The translations under genes were made by a program, and so were the position numbers. A DNA stretch of 64,000 nt, taken from assembly GCA_023515725.1 (NCBI GenBank), contig JALDTO010000192.1:857294-921293 (forward strand), given 5' to 3'. Shown here piece by piece: positions 39,543-52,208 of this stretch (the first letter of the stretch is position 1; every line of letters begins with the position of its first letter). This DNA comes from Amoeboaphelidium protococcarum X5 (taxonomy: Eukaryota; Fungi; Aphelidiomycota). A model generated the notes under the pieces. The model was not told where the DNA came from. It saw only the letters and a list, made by a program, of their open reading frames with translations, and ran no database searches.

Positions 39543-41662
39543 TTTGTGTGGTGTTTCGCTAAAGTACATTACACCTTGTGTGGTATGAATATTTTCCCAG
39601 CGAGAAGTGTTCTGCATTTGCGGTTACATTTAAATGAAAGAGGAGACTCGAATATACTAGAAAAGTGTGATTAAAAGCAGCCAAATCTTAGTTTATCGCG
39701 GTTTGACAATGCATCACACTTTGTGTGGTGTTTCGCTAAAGTACATCACACCTTGTGTGGTATGAGTATTTTCCCAGCGAGAAGTGTTCTGCATTTGCGG
39801 TTACATTTAAATGAAAGAGGAGACTCGAATATACTAGAAAAGTGTGATTAAAAGCAGCCAAATCTTAGTTTATCGCGGTTTGACAATGCATCACACTTTG
39901 TGTGGTGTTTCGCTAAAGTACATCACACCTTGTGTGGTATGAATATTTTCCCAGCGAGAAGTGTTCTGCATTTGCGGTTACATTTAAATGAAAGAGGAGA
40001 CTCGAATATACTAGAAAAGTGTGATTAAAAGCAGCCAAATCTTAGTTTATCGCGGTTTGACAATGCATCACACTTTGTGTGGTGTTTCGCTAAAGTACAT
40101 CACACCTTGTGTGGTATGAATATTTTCCCAGCGAGAAGTGTTCTGCATTTGCGGTTACATTTAAATGAAAGAGGAGACTCGAATATACTAGAAAAGTGTG
40201 ATTAAAAGCAGCCAAATCTTAGTTTATCGCGGTTTGACAATGCATCACACTTTGTGTGGTGTTTCGCTAAAGTACATCACACCTTGTGTGGTATGAATAT
40301 TTTCCCAGCGAGAAGTGTTCTGCATTTGCGGTTACATTTAAATGAAAGAGGAGACTCGAATATACTAGAAAAGTGTGATTAAAAGCAGCCAAATCTTAGT
40401 TTATCGCGGTTTGACAATGCATCACACTTTGTGTGGTGTTTCGCTAAAGTACATCACACCTTGTGTGGTATGAATATTTTCCCAGCGAGAAGTGTTCTGC
40501 ATTTGCGGTTACATTTAAATGAAAGAGGAGACTCGAATATACTAGAAAAGTGTGATTAAAAGCAGCCAAATCTTAGTTTATCGCGGTTTGACAATGCATC
40601 ACACTTTGTGTGGTGTTTCGCTAAAGTACATCACACCTTGTGTGGTATGAATATTTTCCCAGCGAGAAGTGTTCTGCATTTGCGGTTACATTTAAATGAA
40701 AGAGGAGACTCGAATATACTAGAAAAGTGTGATTAAAAGCAGCCAAATCTTAGTTTATCGCGGTTTGACAATGCATCACACTTTGTGTGGTGTTTCGCTA
40801 AAGTACATCACACCTTGTGTGGTATGAGTAATTTCCCAGCGAGAAGTGTTCTGCATTTGCGGTTACTTTTAAATGATAGGGGAGGTTCGAGTATACTAGA
40901 AAAGTGTGATTAAAAGCAGCTAAATCTTATTTTATCGCTTTAGTGAATGCCTCACACTTTGTGTGGTGTTTCGCTAAAGTACATTACACCTTGTGTGGTA
41001 TGAATATTTTCCCTGCGAGAAGTGTTCTGCATTTGCGGTTACATTTAAATGAAAGAGGATACTCGACTATACTAGAAAAGTGTGATTAAAAGCAGCCAAA
41101 TCTTAGTTTATCGCGGTTTGACAATGCATCACACTTTGTGTGGTGTTTCGCTAAAGTACATCACACCTTGTGTGGTATGAGTATTTTCTCAGAGAGTCGT
41201 GTTCTGCATTTGCGGTTACTTTTAAATGATAGGGGAGGTTCGAGTATACTAGAAAAGTGTGATTAAAAGCAGCTAAATCTTATTTTATCGCTTTAGTGAA
41301 TGCCTCACACTTTGTGTGGTGTTTCGCTAAAGTACATCACACCTTGTGTGGTATGAGTAATTTCCCAGCGAGAAGTGTTCTGCATTTGCGGTTACTTTTA
41401 AATGATAGGGGAGGTTCGAGTATACTAGAAAAGTGTGATTAAAAGCAGCTAAATCTTAGTTTATCGCGGTTTGACAATGCATCACACTTTGTGTGGTGTT
41501 TCGCTAAAGTACATCACACCTTGTGTGGTATGAGTATTTTCTCAGAGAGTCGTGTTCTGCATTTGCGGTTACTTTTAAATGATAGGGGAGGTTCGAGTAT
41601 ACTAGAAAAGTGTGATTAAAAGCAGCTAAATCTTATTTTATCGCTTTAGTGAATGCCTCACA
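39543..41662. repeat. Tandem satellite A, 176-177 bp unit, 12 copies
   Basis: Unit anchor TGTGTGGTGTTTCGCTAAAG at 39545, 39722, 39899, 40076 ... 41490. Confidence 0.97.
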
Positions 41663-42131
41663 CGCCTCGCATCGTTGATCGCTCGCTGATCCGCAGGTCA
41701 CCTCTTTGCTTTTGACAGTGACACCACTTAGTAGTCACATATTGCTGATCTCTTACAAGTCTTTTCCCACTATAGGTTAAAAGATAGACGAAGTGAGTAA
41801 AGATCCGCCTTGCAACGAGTGTGAAATTTTGTGGTATTGACAATTGGGCCAGCTGGTGGTCAAAAGCCGGACCGTGGTATTCTATGGCTGGGATTTGCTG
41901 CTGCTCTCGCTGCCATATATGGTTGTGAAACTGGAGTAAAACCGTTCGAAATATCTGTCCTTCGATGTCCGCAATAAGGGGCTTTTTGTTACATTCCGCG
42001 CAAGATCTGATGCTGACCGCTTATTTTCAGGTAATCGTTTCAGATAATTCATGTTGCCCGAGAAGTGTTACCTGCTCATGCTACTTAATTATTGTATTAA
42101 TATTTTTTATAGAAGTTTATATGGTGCTTTT

Positions 42132-42382
42132 GACCATTTGAGAGTGAGACAAGCGATTTGAATCGGGTTTTTAAGTTCATTCAAGTAATTATAGCTTCTA
42201 CTATGATACCCTTATCATTTAGAAGACTCTACATTACTTCGCTGCTTTAAATCATCAGCGGTAGTTGGATCATCCGATTCTGACCGATTCGTGCAAAACT
42301 GGATGATAGACCATTTGAGAGTGAGACAAGCGATTTGAATCGGGTTTTTAAGTTCATTCAAGTAATTATAGCTTCTACTATG
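42132..42382. repeat. Tandem satellite B, left part (about 1.4 units of 177 bp)
   Basis: Anchor TTTGAGAGTGAGACAAGCGA at 42137 and 42314; continues in register after the retrotransposon. Confidence 0.93.
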
Positions 42383-45300
42383 TGTTGAAGATGGTACTGA
42401 AGCAGCCGAACCGTCGGCTAAGGTTACCAAATTGAAGGACCTCGGAGAAAATTCCTCAAACAGTCTTTGACAGGTTGAAGATAAAATACAAGTTCTTATA
42501 GATCTGATATTTTATATTACTTATTTTTCTCTACATTTTATCCTCGCGTTATTGACATTAGAATGTCTTTAGAAATAGGTAAGGACTACGTTGGTGCGCG
42601 TTTTGATGGTAATAACTGGCTTGAATGGAACGACGATCTAACCGTCAATGCTGACATTTAACATGTCAGTGATTTGCTGACCAAGAAAGCCAAGGATAGA
42701 TTGAAGAAACTTTTGACACCCGACCAAATTGTAGAACTAGAACTGGAAAAACTGCATGAAGAAATGCACTGGAGTGGGGACTCGAATGTTGTATATGCCG
42801 ATAGAAGGGCCACCGAGTCGGAAGAAGATTCAGCTGGGTAAGATGCTTAAGGTGTCCTGGAAAGTGTCCTAGGGGCAGAAGTAGCTGTATAGTAGACAAC
42901 TCAGGAGAATGTGGCTGATGTGGCCGAACCGGGTGGCACAGCAAGGCCATTGATCACCCTGACGAAAGCGTACAAAAAGCTGTGCAAGCAGTAGCATCAA
43001 AAGAACCAAACTGCACGTGCGTTAGTAGTAAGAAGTATTGCTCCTCACCTCCAGTGCCATGTCCAGCACTGTAAGTATGCGTATGATGCGATTGAGGCAA
43101 TTAGAACTTACTGGAATTAGAATACGAGCTAATCGTGCATGGGGCTTCGCGAGAAGATTACCTAGTACGTCTTCGAAGAATAAATGGATTCATTGACTAT
43201 GGTGCTGTATTTGGAGAAGTTAGCAAGACAATTGAACAGCCTTGGTGATATGTCTTTTACAGTTGCAAATCTTCCAGTTGTTGTGCTTGAAAAACTGGAT
43301 TAACGTGCTGAATATAACTACCTGGCGGAGTAGATCAGAAACATGGACAACTATAATCAGCAAGTAATCAAGTTAGATAAGTTGAAGAAGATGCTAATCA
43401 CCAAGGAAGGAGAACTGGCTATAGCGAGAACTAAATCTGGTGCGCTTGCAGTCAAATCGTCAACTCAGTTATTGGAGCAGACTAGTCAGTAGGGAGGAGT
43501 GATGCTTACTTAGTCTGATATTCAGTCTGCTTTTGTTGCCGCTCTGAATATGGTCGGTCGCAAGAAGAATTTTATACCAAAAAGGTGTGAAAATTGTAAT
43601 TTCTCCAACCATACCATTGCCGAATGTTGGTTTGACGGTGGTGGTGCGGTAAACAAGAGACCGAGTAATTGGAAACATTCTGGGGTTCCGCCGCAGAGGG
43701 CTGGTGTATCTTAGGAGAAGAGGCCGCGTATCACTTCTCTAGTTGCTCATGTCATTGCCCTAAACTCGTAGACAAACTTAGAGTAACTGGCATGTGATGA
43801 CTGGATCCTTGATAGTGGATGTAATGCATTCCTTACCAATGATGCTGAGATTCTATTCAATCGTTCCTACGTGTCAGAAGCATGGTGTCAAACAGCAGAT
43901 GGATCAACTCAAATTGAAATTGTGGGAAAAGGCTCTGTGGCTTTTAAGTATTCCAACGAACAAGGAGAAGTGAGCTACCTGATTGTTGAAGAGGTCCGGT
44001 TCGTGCCTTCGTTGAGATACAACTTGTTCCCGATCAATAAGTTGATGGAGAAGGGACTCTTTTGTGCATTTTCAGGTGATACTGCGACTATCAGCAAGAA
44101 TGGCAAGGTTGAAGGCACGGGTACACTGCAGACTGAAGGGAGATTCAACGGGTTGTACTTAATGAACTTGGAACCTGTTCCGCCCGAAGAAGTCAAGCAC
44201 TTGCAGTTGGTAGACAATATCCAGTTGGATCGTATGTAGATGCTATACTTTGTATCTACATCAAGTGCTGGGCCATGCTAGTAAGTGACAATTAAGAAAT
44301 ATGATTCAACTTGGACACTTGAGGTGTAATTAAAGTGATATTGACTATGAAGCAATAGATTAATGCATTCCATGTATCTAGGCAAAGACTACCCGTGCAG
44401 CTTTCTCACGCTAAAAGCATCATGAAGTTTCAGTGTTGCGCTCTCGACGGGTGTTGGAACTGGTCCATATGGACTTGATAGGACCAATAGGGATTCTTAC
44501 CCCCCTAGAAGCATGATTACATCTTAAGTGTTGTTGACGACTATTCCGGATACTCCTGGGCTATTCTGTTGAACACCAAGGACTAAGTAGCAGCCAACTT
44601 TGAACATTTGTATTAGAGAATGGTAGTTGAAACCAGCTAACGCGTAAACACTGTGCGTAGTGATCAAGGTGGTGAATTTCTCTCTGGATAGTTCACTTAG
44701 TTCTGTCTGGATAAGGGTATATTGAATGACTTGGTGCCTAGATACACACCCTAGTTGAATGGTGTTGTCGAACGCTTCAACAGATGTGTCGTGGAAGGCG
44801 TCACAGCAATGATGCTGGCTAGCCAACTGCCAAGGACATATTGGGGCTATGCTGTGCTGGCCTATGTGTATGCTAAGAACCGAATATTGACTTCTGGATG
44901 CAATGCGGCTCGAGATAATCAGGTGTAACCATATGAGATTTACCATGGAATACCACCCAAGTACGATGATTTGCAAGTTTGGGGATCAAAGGTTCAGTTC
45001 TACGTCCCAGCAGAAGCTCGCAAGGACAAATTTAAATTTAGTCCAAGAACGTAAAGCGGCCACTTCCTTGGATATGTTCCTAGTGGTTACTATATCTTGA
45101 TGGCTAATCAGGCCATTGTCACAGTCCCTCATGGTGAAGTTATATTCGACTCTGGTATCCAACCTGCTTCCAAAGTATATACTGAAGCTTACTATCGAGA
45201 AATGTTCAGAAGCTGGGACGAACGGACAGTCCGCGATTTGGTACAGTCTAGTCCTTATGATGTCACCACCTGCCGTGCTGGTACGGATCCGGCGAAAGCT

Positions 45301-47748
45301 AGTCAACCTGATCATAGAGCCATCATGCCCACGGACTCCCTTTCCCGTTCTCAAACTCGTCACTAGGACTCTGGTGCAACTGAGGAGATATCATACTAGG
45401 ACTCTAGTGCTGGTGACACAATACAACACTAGGACTCTGGTGTTCGTGGACCAATGACTTGCCAGGACTCTGGCAGAAATGACATACAGCAGCATTAGGA
45501 CTCTGATGTTGTTGGAACGATGACTCGCCAGGACTCTGGCGATTATGACATAATGCAGCATTAGGACTCTGATGCTAGTGTCTCACTTCGATAATATGGC
45601 TCTCATATTGATCTGCTATCTCCACCTGATCCTCAGGATCGTGTGCAGGCCAATGAGACAACTTATTCATCTCCAAACGAAGGTCTAGCTTCCTCTCATG
45701 GATTAGCAAATGATTCACTGCGCCACAAGCGGCTGAAGAGACTTAAGAAGGAACTCCGAATTGACATGAACGATTGTAAAGACGCCGCTGCCTTGATGGC
45801 GCTATTGACTCAGGTTCCATAGGGACAGGATGTTGAACCCCTAAAGGATTTGCAGACGGAACTTCTGGTGGAGTCCATTATCGACTCCATACTAAAAGAC
45901 CTTGAGAATGGCAGTATGTCATATGGTCATCCTAATGTCACAGCGCCGTATTAGTAACTTGTTGATATGCCTGTTACACCTAAGACTATTGCAGAATCCA
46001 AAACTCTACCGGAGTGGCCTCTCTGGAAGCAAGCAATTGAATCTGAACTTTAGAGTCTAATCAAGAATGGCACTTGGATCCGTGATACTCTTCCAAGTGG
46101 GCGAAAGGCATTACCATGTAAGTGGATCTTCAAGATTAAACTTAAGTCAGATGGATCGATAGAGAGCTTTAAGGCCAGATTGGTTATACAAGGATTCAGG
46201 CAAATCAAGGATGTGGACTACAATGAAACCTTCGCACCAGTAGCAAAGTTTAATACCATCAGACTGGTTCTAGCTGTTGCTGCATATTACGATTTAGAGA
46301 TTGATCAGATGGATTTCTGTACTGCATTCTTGAATGGTAAACTGAATGAGGAGATATTTATGAAAGGACCAGCTGGGAGCGAGTTCGAAGGCTAACTTCT
46401 GAGACTCCTTAAAAGCTTGTATGGACTAAATTAGGCTCCAAAGTGTTGGAACAATGCTATTCACCAAAATCTGATATAGATTGGCTTTAAGCGGTGCTAC
46501 GCTGATAACTGTCTGTATATCAGAGTTGTAAGGAACTAACTGTCGATTATTGTTTTGTATGTGGATGATGTCCTGATTGTTTGTAAAAGTCGAGAAGAAA
46601 TGGACGTGATTAAGGTAGAGTTGTCAAGCAAGTTTGATATGAAAGATTTAGGCAAGCTCGAGCATATTGTTGGTATACGCATTAGACGTGATAGGATCAA
46701 GAAACTTATATCACTTGACCAAAGTGCTTATTTGGAACGTGTTTTAGATCGTTTTGGTATGGATTAGTGTCATCCGGTTACTACTCCGATCATTGAAAGA
46801 GGTGCAAGAATGAAACTGATTGATGAATGCGAAGATTATGTGAATTATCCCTTCCGCGCCCTGATAGGCAGTCTCATGTATCTGATGGTGGGAACTAGAC
46901 CTGAAATTGCGTATGCTGTTAGCTAACTGAGTAAGAGTCTCGAAAATCCGTCATAATAAGATGTTGTGGCAGCAAAGAGAGTATTGCGATATTTGAAAGG
47001 GACTGTCGATCTTTCGTTGATACTTGATGGCAATCTGAGTTTAGCACCGGTGGCTTATGCTGATGCAGACTATGCAAATGATCCGCAGACGCGTCGCTCA
47101 ACCACTGGATATCTAATAATGATGTGTGGTGCAGCAGTCGCCTGGAAGTCAAAGTTATAGTCCCAAGTTGCACTGAGCAGTACTGAGGCAGAATACTATG
47201 CAGCAAGCTTCAGCCTGCCAAGAGATCTGTTGGTTCAAAGAAATCCTAGTTGAAATTGGTGAGTAAGTCCACGCAAAATCCATTCCGTTAAGAGAAACGT
47301 CCGATGCCTGAGATATTATAAAGACTCATCCATCGTTAGTTAGAGAAGATAATGTTGGTTGTATTGCTATTTCTAAAAATCCTGAAAAATTTGGTCGCAC
47401 AAAGCATATTGAGGTGAGACATCTCTTTGTTCGCGATTTGACTGAATCTGGCAAAATTAAAATGGAATATGTTAAGACTGAAGATTAGACTGCTGATTTG
47501 CTAACAAAACAACTCCATCCCTATGTAATTGAGAGACATGTAAGCGGGCTGGCATTACGACGATTCAAGGCGATTCGGCTGTTTGTAGGCGAAAGTGTTG
47601 AAGATGGTACTGAAGCAGCCGAACCGTCGGCTAAGGTTAGCAAAGTGAAAGACCTCGGAGAAAATTCATCACACACTCTTTGACAGGTTGAGGATAAAAG
47701 ACAAGTTCTTATAGATCTGATCTTTAATATAACTAATTTTTCTCTACA
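42383..47748 (+). mobile_element. Full-length Ty1/copia LTR retrotransposon, frameshifted
   Basis: 153-bp LTRs (TG...CA) at 42383-42535 and 47596-47748; 5-bp TSD CTATG at 42378-42382 and 47749-47753. Gag CENCNFSNHTIAEC, protease WILDSGC, integrase VVDDYS/VRSDQGGEF, RT YVDDVL, RNase H YADADYA, in copia order. Confidence 0.97.
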
Positions 47749-49268
47749 CTATGTTACTCTAATCATTTAGAAGACTCACATTACTTTGCTGCTCAAAATC
47801 ACTCGTGGCAGTTGGATCATCCGATTTTGACCGATTCGTGCAAAACTGGATGATAGACCATTTGAGAGTGAGACAAGCGACTCGAGTCGGGTTTTTATGT
47901 TCATTCAAGTAATTATAGCTTCTTCTATGTTACTCTAATCATTTAGAAGACTCACATTACTTCGCTGCTCAAAATCACTCGTGGCAGTCGGATCATCCGA
48001 TTTTGACCGATTCGTGCAAAACTGGATGATAGACCATTTGAGAGTGAGACAAGCGACTCGAGTCGGGTTTTTATGTTCATTCAAGTAATTATAGCTTCTA
48101 CTATGTTACTCTAATCATTTAGAAGACTCACATTACTTCGCTGCTCAAAATCATCAGCGGTAGTTGGATCATCCGATTCTGACCGATTCGTGCAAAACTG
48201 GATGATAGACCATTTGAGAGTGAGACAAGCGACTCGAGTCGGGTTTTTAAGTTCATTCAAGTAATTATAGCTTCTACTTTGTTACTCTAATCATTTAGAA
48301 GACTCTTCAATGTGTCGCTGCTCAAAATCATCAGCGGTAGTTGGATCATCCGATTCTGACCGATTCGTGCAAAACTGGATGATAGACCATTTGAGAGTGA
48401 GACAAGCGACTCGAGTCGGGTTTTTAAGTTCATTCAAGTAATTATAGCTTCTACTTTGTTACTCTAATCATTTAGAAGACTCTTCAATGTGTCGCTGCTC
48501 AAAATCATCAGCGGTAGTTGGATCATCCGATTCTGACCGATTCGTGCAAAACTGGATGATAGACCATTTGAGAGTGAGACAAGCGACTCGAGTCGGGTTT
48601 TTAAGTTCATTCAAGTAATTATAGCTTCTACTTTGTTACTCTAATCATTTAGAAGACTCTTCAATGTGTCGCTGCTCAAAATCATCAGCGGTAGTTGGAT
48701 CATCCGATTCTGACCGATTCGTGCAAAACTGGATGATAGACCATTTGAGAGTGAGACAAGCGACTCGAGTCGGGTTTTTAAGTTCATTCAAGTAATTATA
48801 GCTTCTACTTTGTTACTCTAATCATTAAGAAGACTCTTCAATGTGTCGCTGCTCAAAATCATCAGCGGTAGTTGGATCATCCGATTCTGACCGATTCGTG
48901 CAAAACTGGATGATAGACCATTTGAGAGTGAGACAAGCGATTTGAATCGGGTTTTTAAGTTCATTCAAGTAATTATAGCTTCTTTTATGTTACTCTAATC
49001 ATTAAGAAGACTCTTCAATGTGTCGCTGCTCAAAATCACTCGTGGCAGTTGGATCATCCGATTTTGACCGATTCGTGCAAAACTGGATGATAGACCATTT
49101 GAGAGTGAGACAAGCGATTTGAATCGGGTTTTTATGTTCATTCAAGTAATAATAGCTTCTACTATGTTACTCTAATCATTTAGAAGACTCACATTACTTC
49201 GCTGCTCAAAATCACTCGTGGCAGTTGGATCATCCGATTTTGACCGATTCGTGCAAAACTGGATGATA
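47749..49268. repeat. Tandem satellite B, right part (about 8.6 units of 176-177 bp)
   Basis: Anchors at 47861, 48037, 48213, 48390, 48567, 48744, 48921, 49098. Confidence 0.97.
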
Positions 49269-49455
49269 TAATATAAAATTTGCTTCCAATTATCCGCTTT
49301 CTCACTCGTCTGCGGATTTTGGTCTATCTGGCATCTATTTCGTCGATCCTGCTGGTATGGATAATAACTTGAGATCTTATTCAGCCAGAGAGATCGGAGG
49401 TGCATTTCTAAAATAGCACTTCAATCAGGTGGGTGGGTGGCTGGCTGACCCCTGA

Positions 49456-49911
49456 AGATTGGAGATAGCTTAAAAGTATGGCGGACTTTGGCTGGGTGGA
49501 CTTGAAATTGAGAAGCCGTATAATATAAGGGAAGCTCCTCAAGACTCAAGAAATTATAGAGTCTACTCCGTCTATAATGAGGTCAGTATAACGGCGATAG
49601 AAGGTGGCGTAGAGATGTGGTTTGAAAACGCGCTGAAGTCACACATGCGGGATATCAATGATAAATATCGCACCTCTGTTAAGTTTGGCCGCTTTCAGCT
49701 CAAGTCCTTGGGCAGACGATTCATTATTGAGACTGGTATGCAGCAGGAGTTGACTCAATTACGCTTCGACTTTGCGGAATGGGTTCTGAAGTTTGATGCG
49801 TGCAATGGTCTTATCCTATTCGAAGAATACCATGATGAGTTGAAGAAGGGGATGGCAGATATCATTGAAAGGTTTATGAGTCAGAAAATTGGATCTTAAA
49901 AACTTCATTGA
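49456..49911 (+). pseudogene. Unassigned coding-like fragment beside satellite B
   Basis: About 150 TGA-free codons including track ORF 49615-49899; an in-frame TGA lies upstream; no family recognised. Confidence 0.3.
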
Positions 49912-50353
49912 ATTCAAAACTATTATAACGCTTTGATTTTAATTTTTCAAGCTGAAAGCCTGGTTGGCTTCGCTGCATAGTCCAAAAAATGATATTGCAA
50001 ACTCTACGAGTGCAGTTGTCAATTAGCTCCTCAATGCTTGGCGCGTCAGTTCAATTTTTCTGTCCAATAATGTCAAACACAATTTACTTTTATTCTGTAA
50101 CACATTAGAGCCAACTTACATTGAGTCAAAACTAAGCTGTGATAGTTCGGCGGGAACCTTATAAAATACAACTCTTAAAAATTTCAATTTCCCAGCGTGT
50201 CTTTAGTTAAACGAAAGCCGAATACTTCGATACAAAATGCCTTGACGCAAGAGAGAGAGAGAGAGAGTGAGTGAAGGAGCTCGCGTTGTCACGTATTTTC
50301 CTTGTCAGTCTGAAACTGTCCAAGACCTCTCTATCTAATACAGTAACAATAGA

Positions 50354-51850
50354 ATGACTGCTGAGGACTTTTGCAGATAGTAGGTGCGCTTGATACTGCT
50401 ATAGCTGAAGCATTTTTCATTAATTCAAGAGCTATAGTATAATTTCGATGAAGATAAATGTTAGGAACTAAATAAAGAGCTGTTTCGAGTAAGAGCCTTG
50501 CTTGGCGAGTAAATTTTGCAGGTGGAACAATCTTTTAAAAACTAGTCAGAGTCCTAGCGAGAGGATAATAGATTTTAAATGTATAGATTGGCTATAAAAT
50601 GTTCATTTCATGTATTTATGAGATACTATTTGCAGTATTAGAGCGCTGGTGGAACTGATTGTTTTGATTTCATCTCAAAGTAGTGTAGACTGCATTAGTG
50701 TGTTGATTGCCACTTTTGTCATAAATACCTGGTTAAAGCTGAATTTTCTCATATTCAAGATGGCACCTCTAATGTAATCTATATACCTGAATAAAGTTTG
50801 TCTTATGGATTGAGCGACTTTATCTCTTTGGTAATATCCATGATTCCTCATCAAGTGATTAGTAAGAGCTCAGATAATAGCGATGTTGTCGTGGAGGAAG
50901 ATACTCTTGAATAAGTTCTTTTATGGTGTAAGTTGGCTTTGTTGGAGTAATCTCATTTGGATCTAGGTGCTTGTAAGAAATTATAAGCGGTCACTAATTC
51001 TGATGATTATCGTAGATTTATTGCAAAATTAGAAAATTTAGATGGTGTTTAGTGCAATGAACACCTTTTTAATGCTGTAATGTACAATTTTATAGGCCAA
51101 ACAGTTGTAGAATACTACAGCGGGTGGCGTGAAGTGTGCCGCGAATTGAATATTATCTTGCCTAAGGAATTGTACAGTAATAATTAGCCTCAAGATGATC
51201 AGTAATTGACCATGTTATTGAAGAAGGTGTAATCAGTGATTGATTCCATTCAGGATAAGTAAAGTATCAAGGAGCTGTTCAATTTATAGTTATCTGTCAA
51301 GTTGATTGACGCCAGTATTAAATCCTTAGAATGTGGTGATTTGGTTTTAGAATCGGCATCTAAAGAGAACCAACTTCCTCCTGATGTAGTTGATATAGTC
51401 AATGTACAGCCCAACTTGCTTAAAAGCCCAGTGCTCAAGGTTGGCCCATTAATGCGCGATCAATCTCCTGTTCATAAGCTGTAATCTTCACCTCAAATGA
51501 TATCAAAGGATGTTAATAACAAGCGAAAGTCAATGGTATTAAATGATTACCCGTAGCCTTACGAGTAGAACGCGTTAAGATACTCTGCCGTGCGTCTACC
51601 TCCACTGCCGCCAAGGATGCCACGACCGCCTGAGAGTTAGAAGAGAGCAAAGTTGGCATGGACGGAGTAAGAAGTTGCATTCCTGGGGCATGGAATGAAA
51701 AAGTATGGCAACTAGTGGTCCCACATCTTGACTGAGTATCGGGAACATTTCCATCCACATCGAACTAATGTTGATCTAAAAGACAAGGCGCGCAATGAGA
51801 AGAATAGAAGAATTCGCCTTGGACTGGAATTGGGCCCCTTTGGTCCTTGA
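50354..51850 (+). CDS. Telobox Myb protein 1 (TRF/Tbf1-like), 498 aa
   Basis: Open frame; C-terminal WTEQEVAFLGHGMKKYGNQWSHIL...RTNVDLKDKARNEK. Confidence 0.85.
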
Positions 51851-52208
51851 TTTGAGCTTGTTATTCGTGTTCTTGATTGTGTTTATATGTGCTGATGATG
51901 AATGAATAATGATTGATTAATAATGTTGTCTTAATAACACTTTTTTCATGAGGTTGGCCAATAAGGAGTTTGAGTCTCGTGCTGTTTCAAGGCGCTTTGT
52001 AGACTTAGAAAAAAGTTCTGTTTGATCTCAGGTCGTTAGCTCGATTGTTTGCTGTCGATTGAGACCATTCTGCTGTGCTGTTCTATTTCCATTGCCGTTT
52101 CAACTTTAATTTCTTTCTTTCCTTTTATTGAGAGGAAGGGAGATTAGGCAATTATCGTATCATTTGTAAATGCCGTCTTCAATTGTTACTGATTAGAAGG
52201 TTGATAAG

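Noticed and set aside
39543-49268. Repeat arrays as CRISPR arrays
   Set aside because: Units repeat in full with no unique spacers; no cas genes; eukaryotic context.
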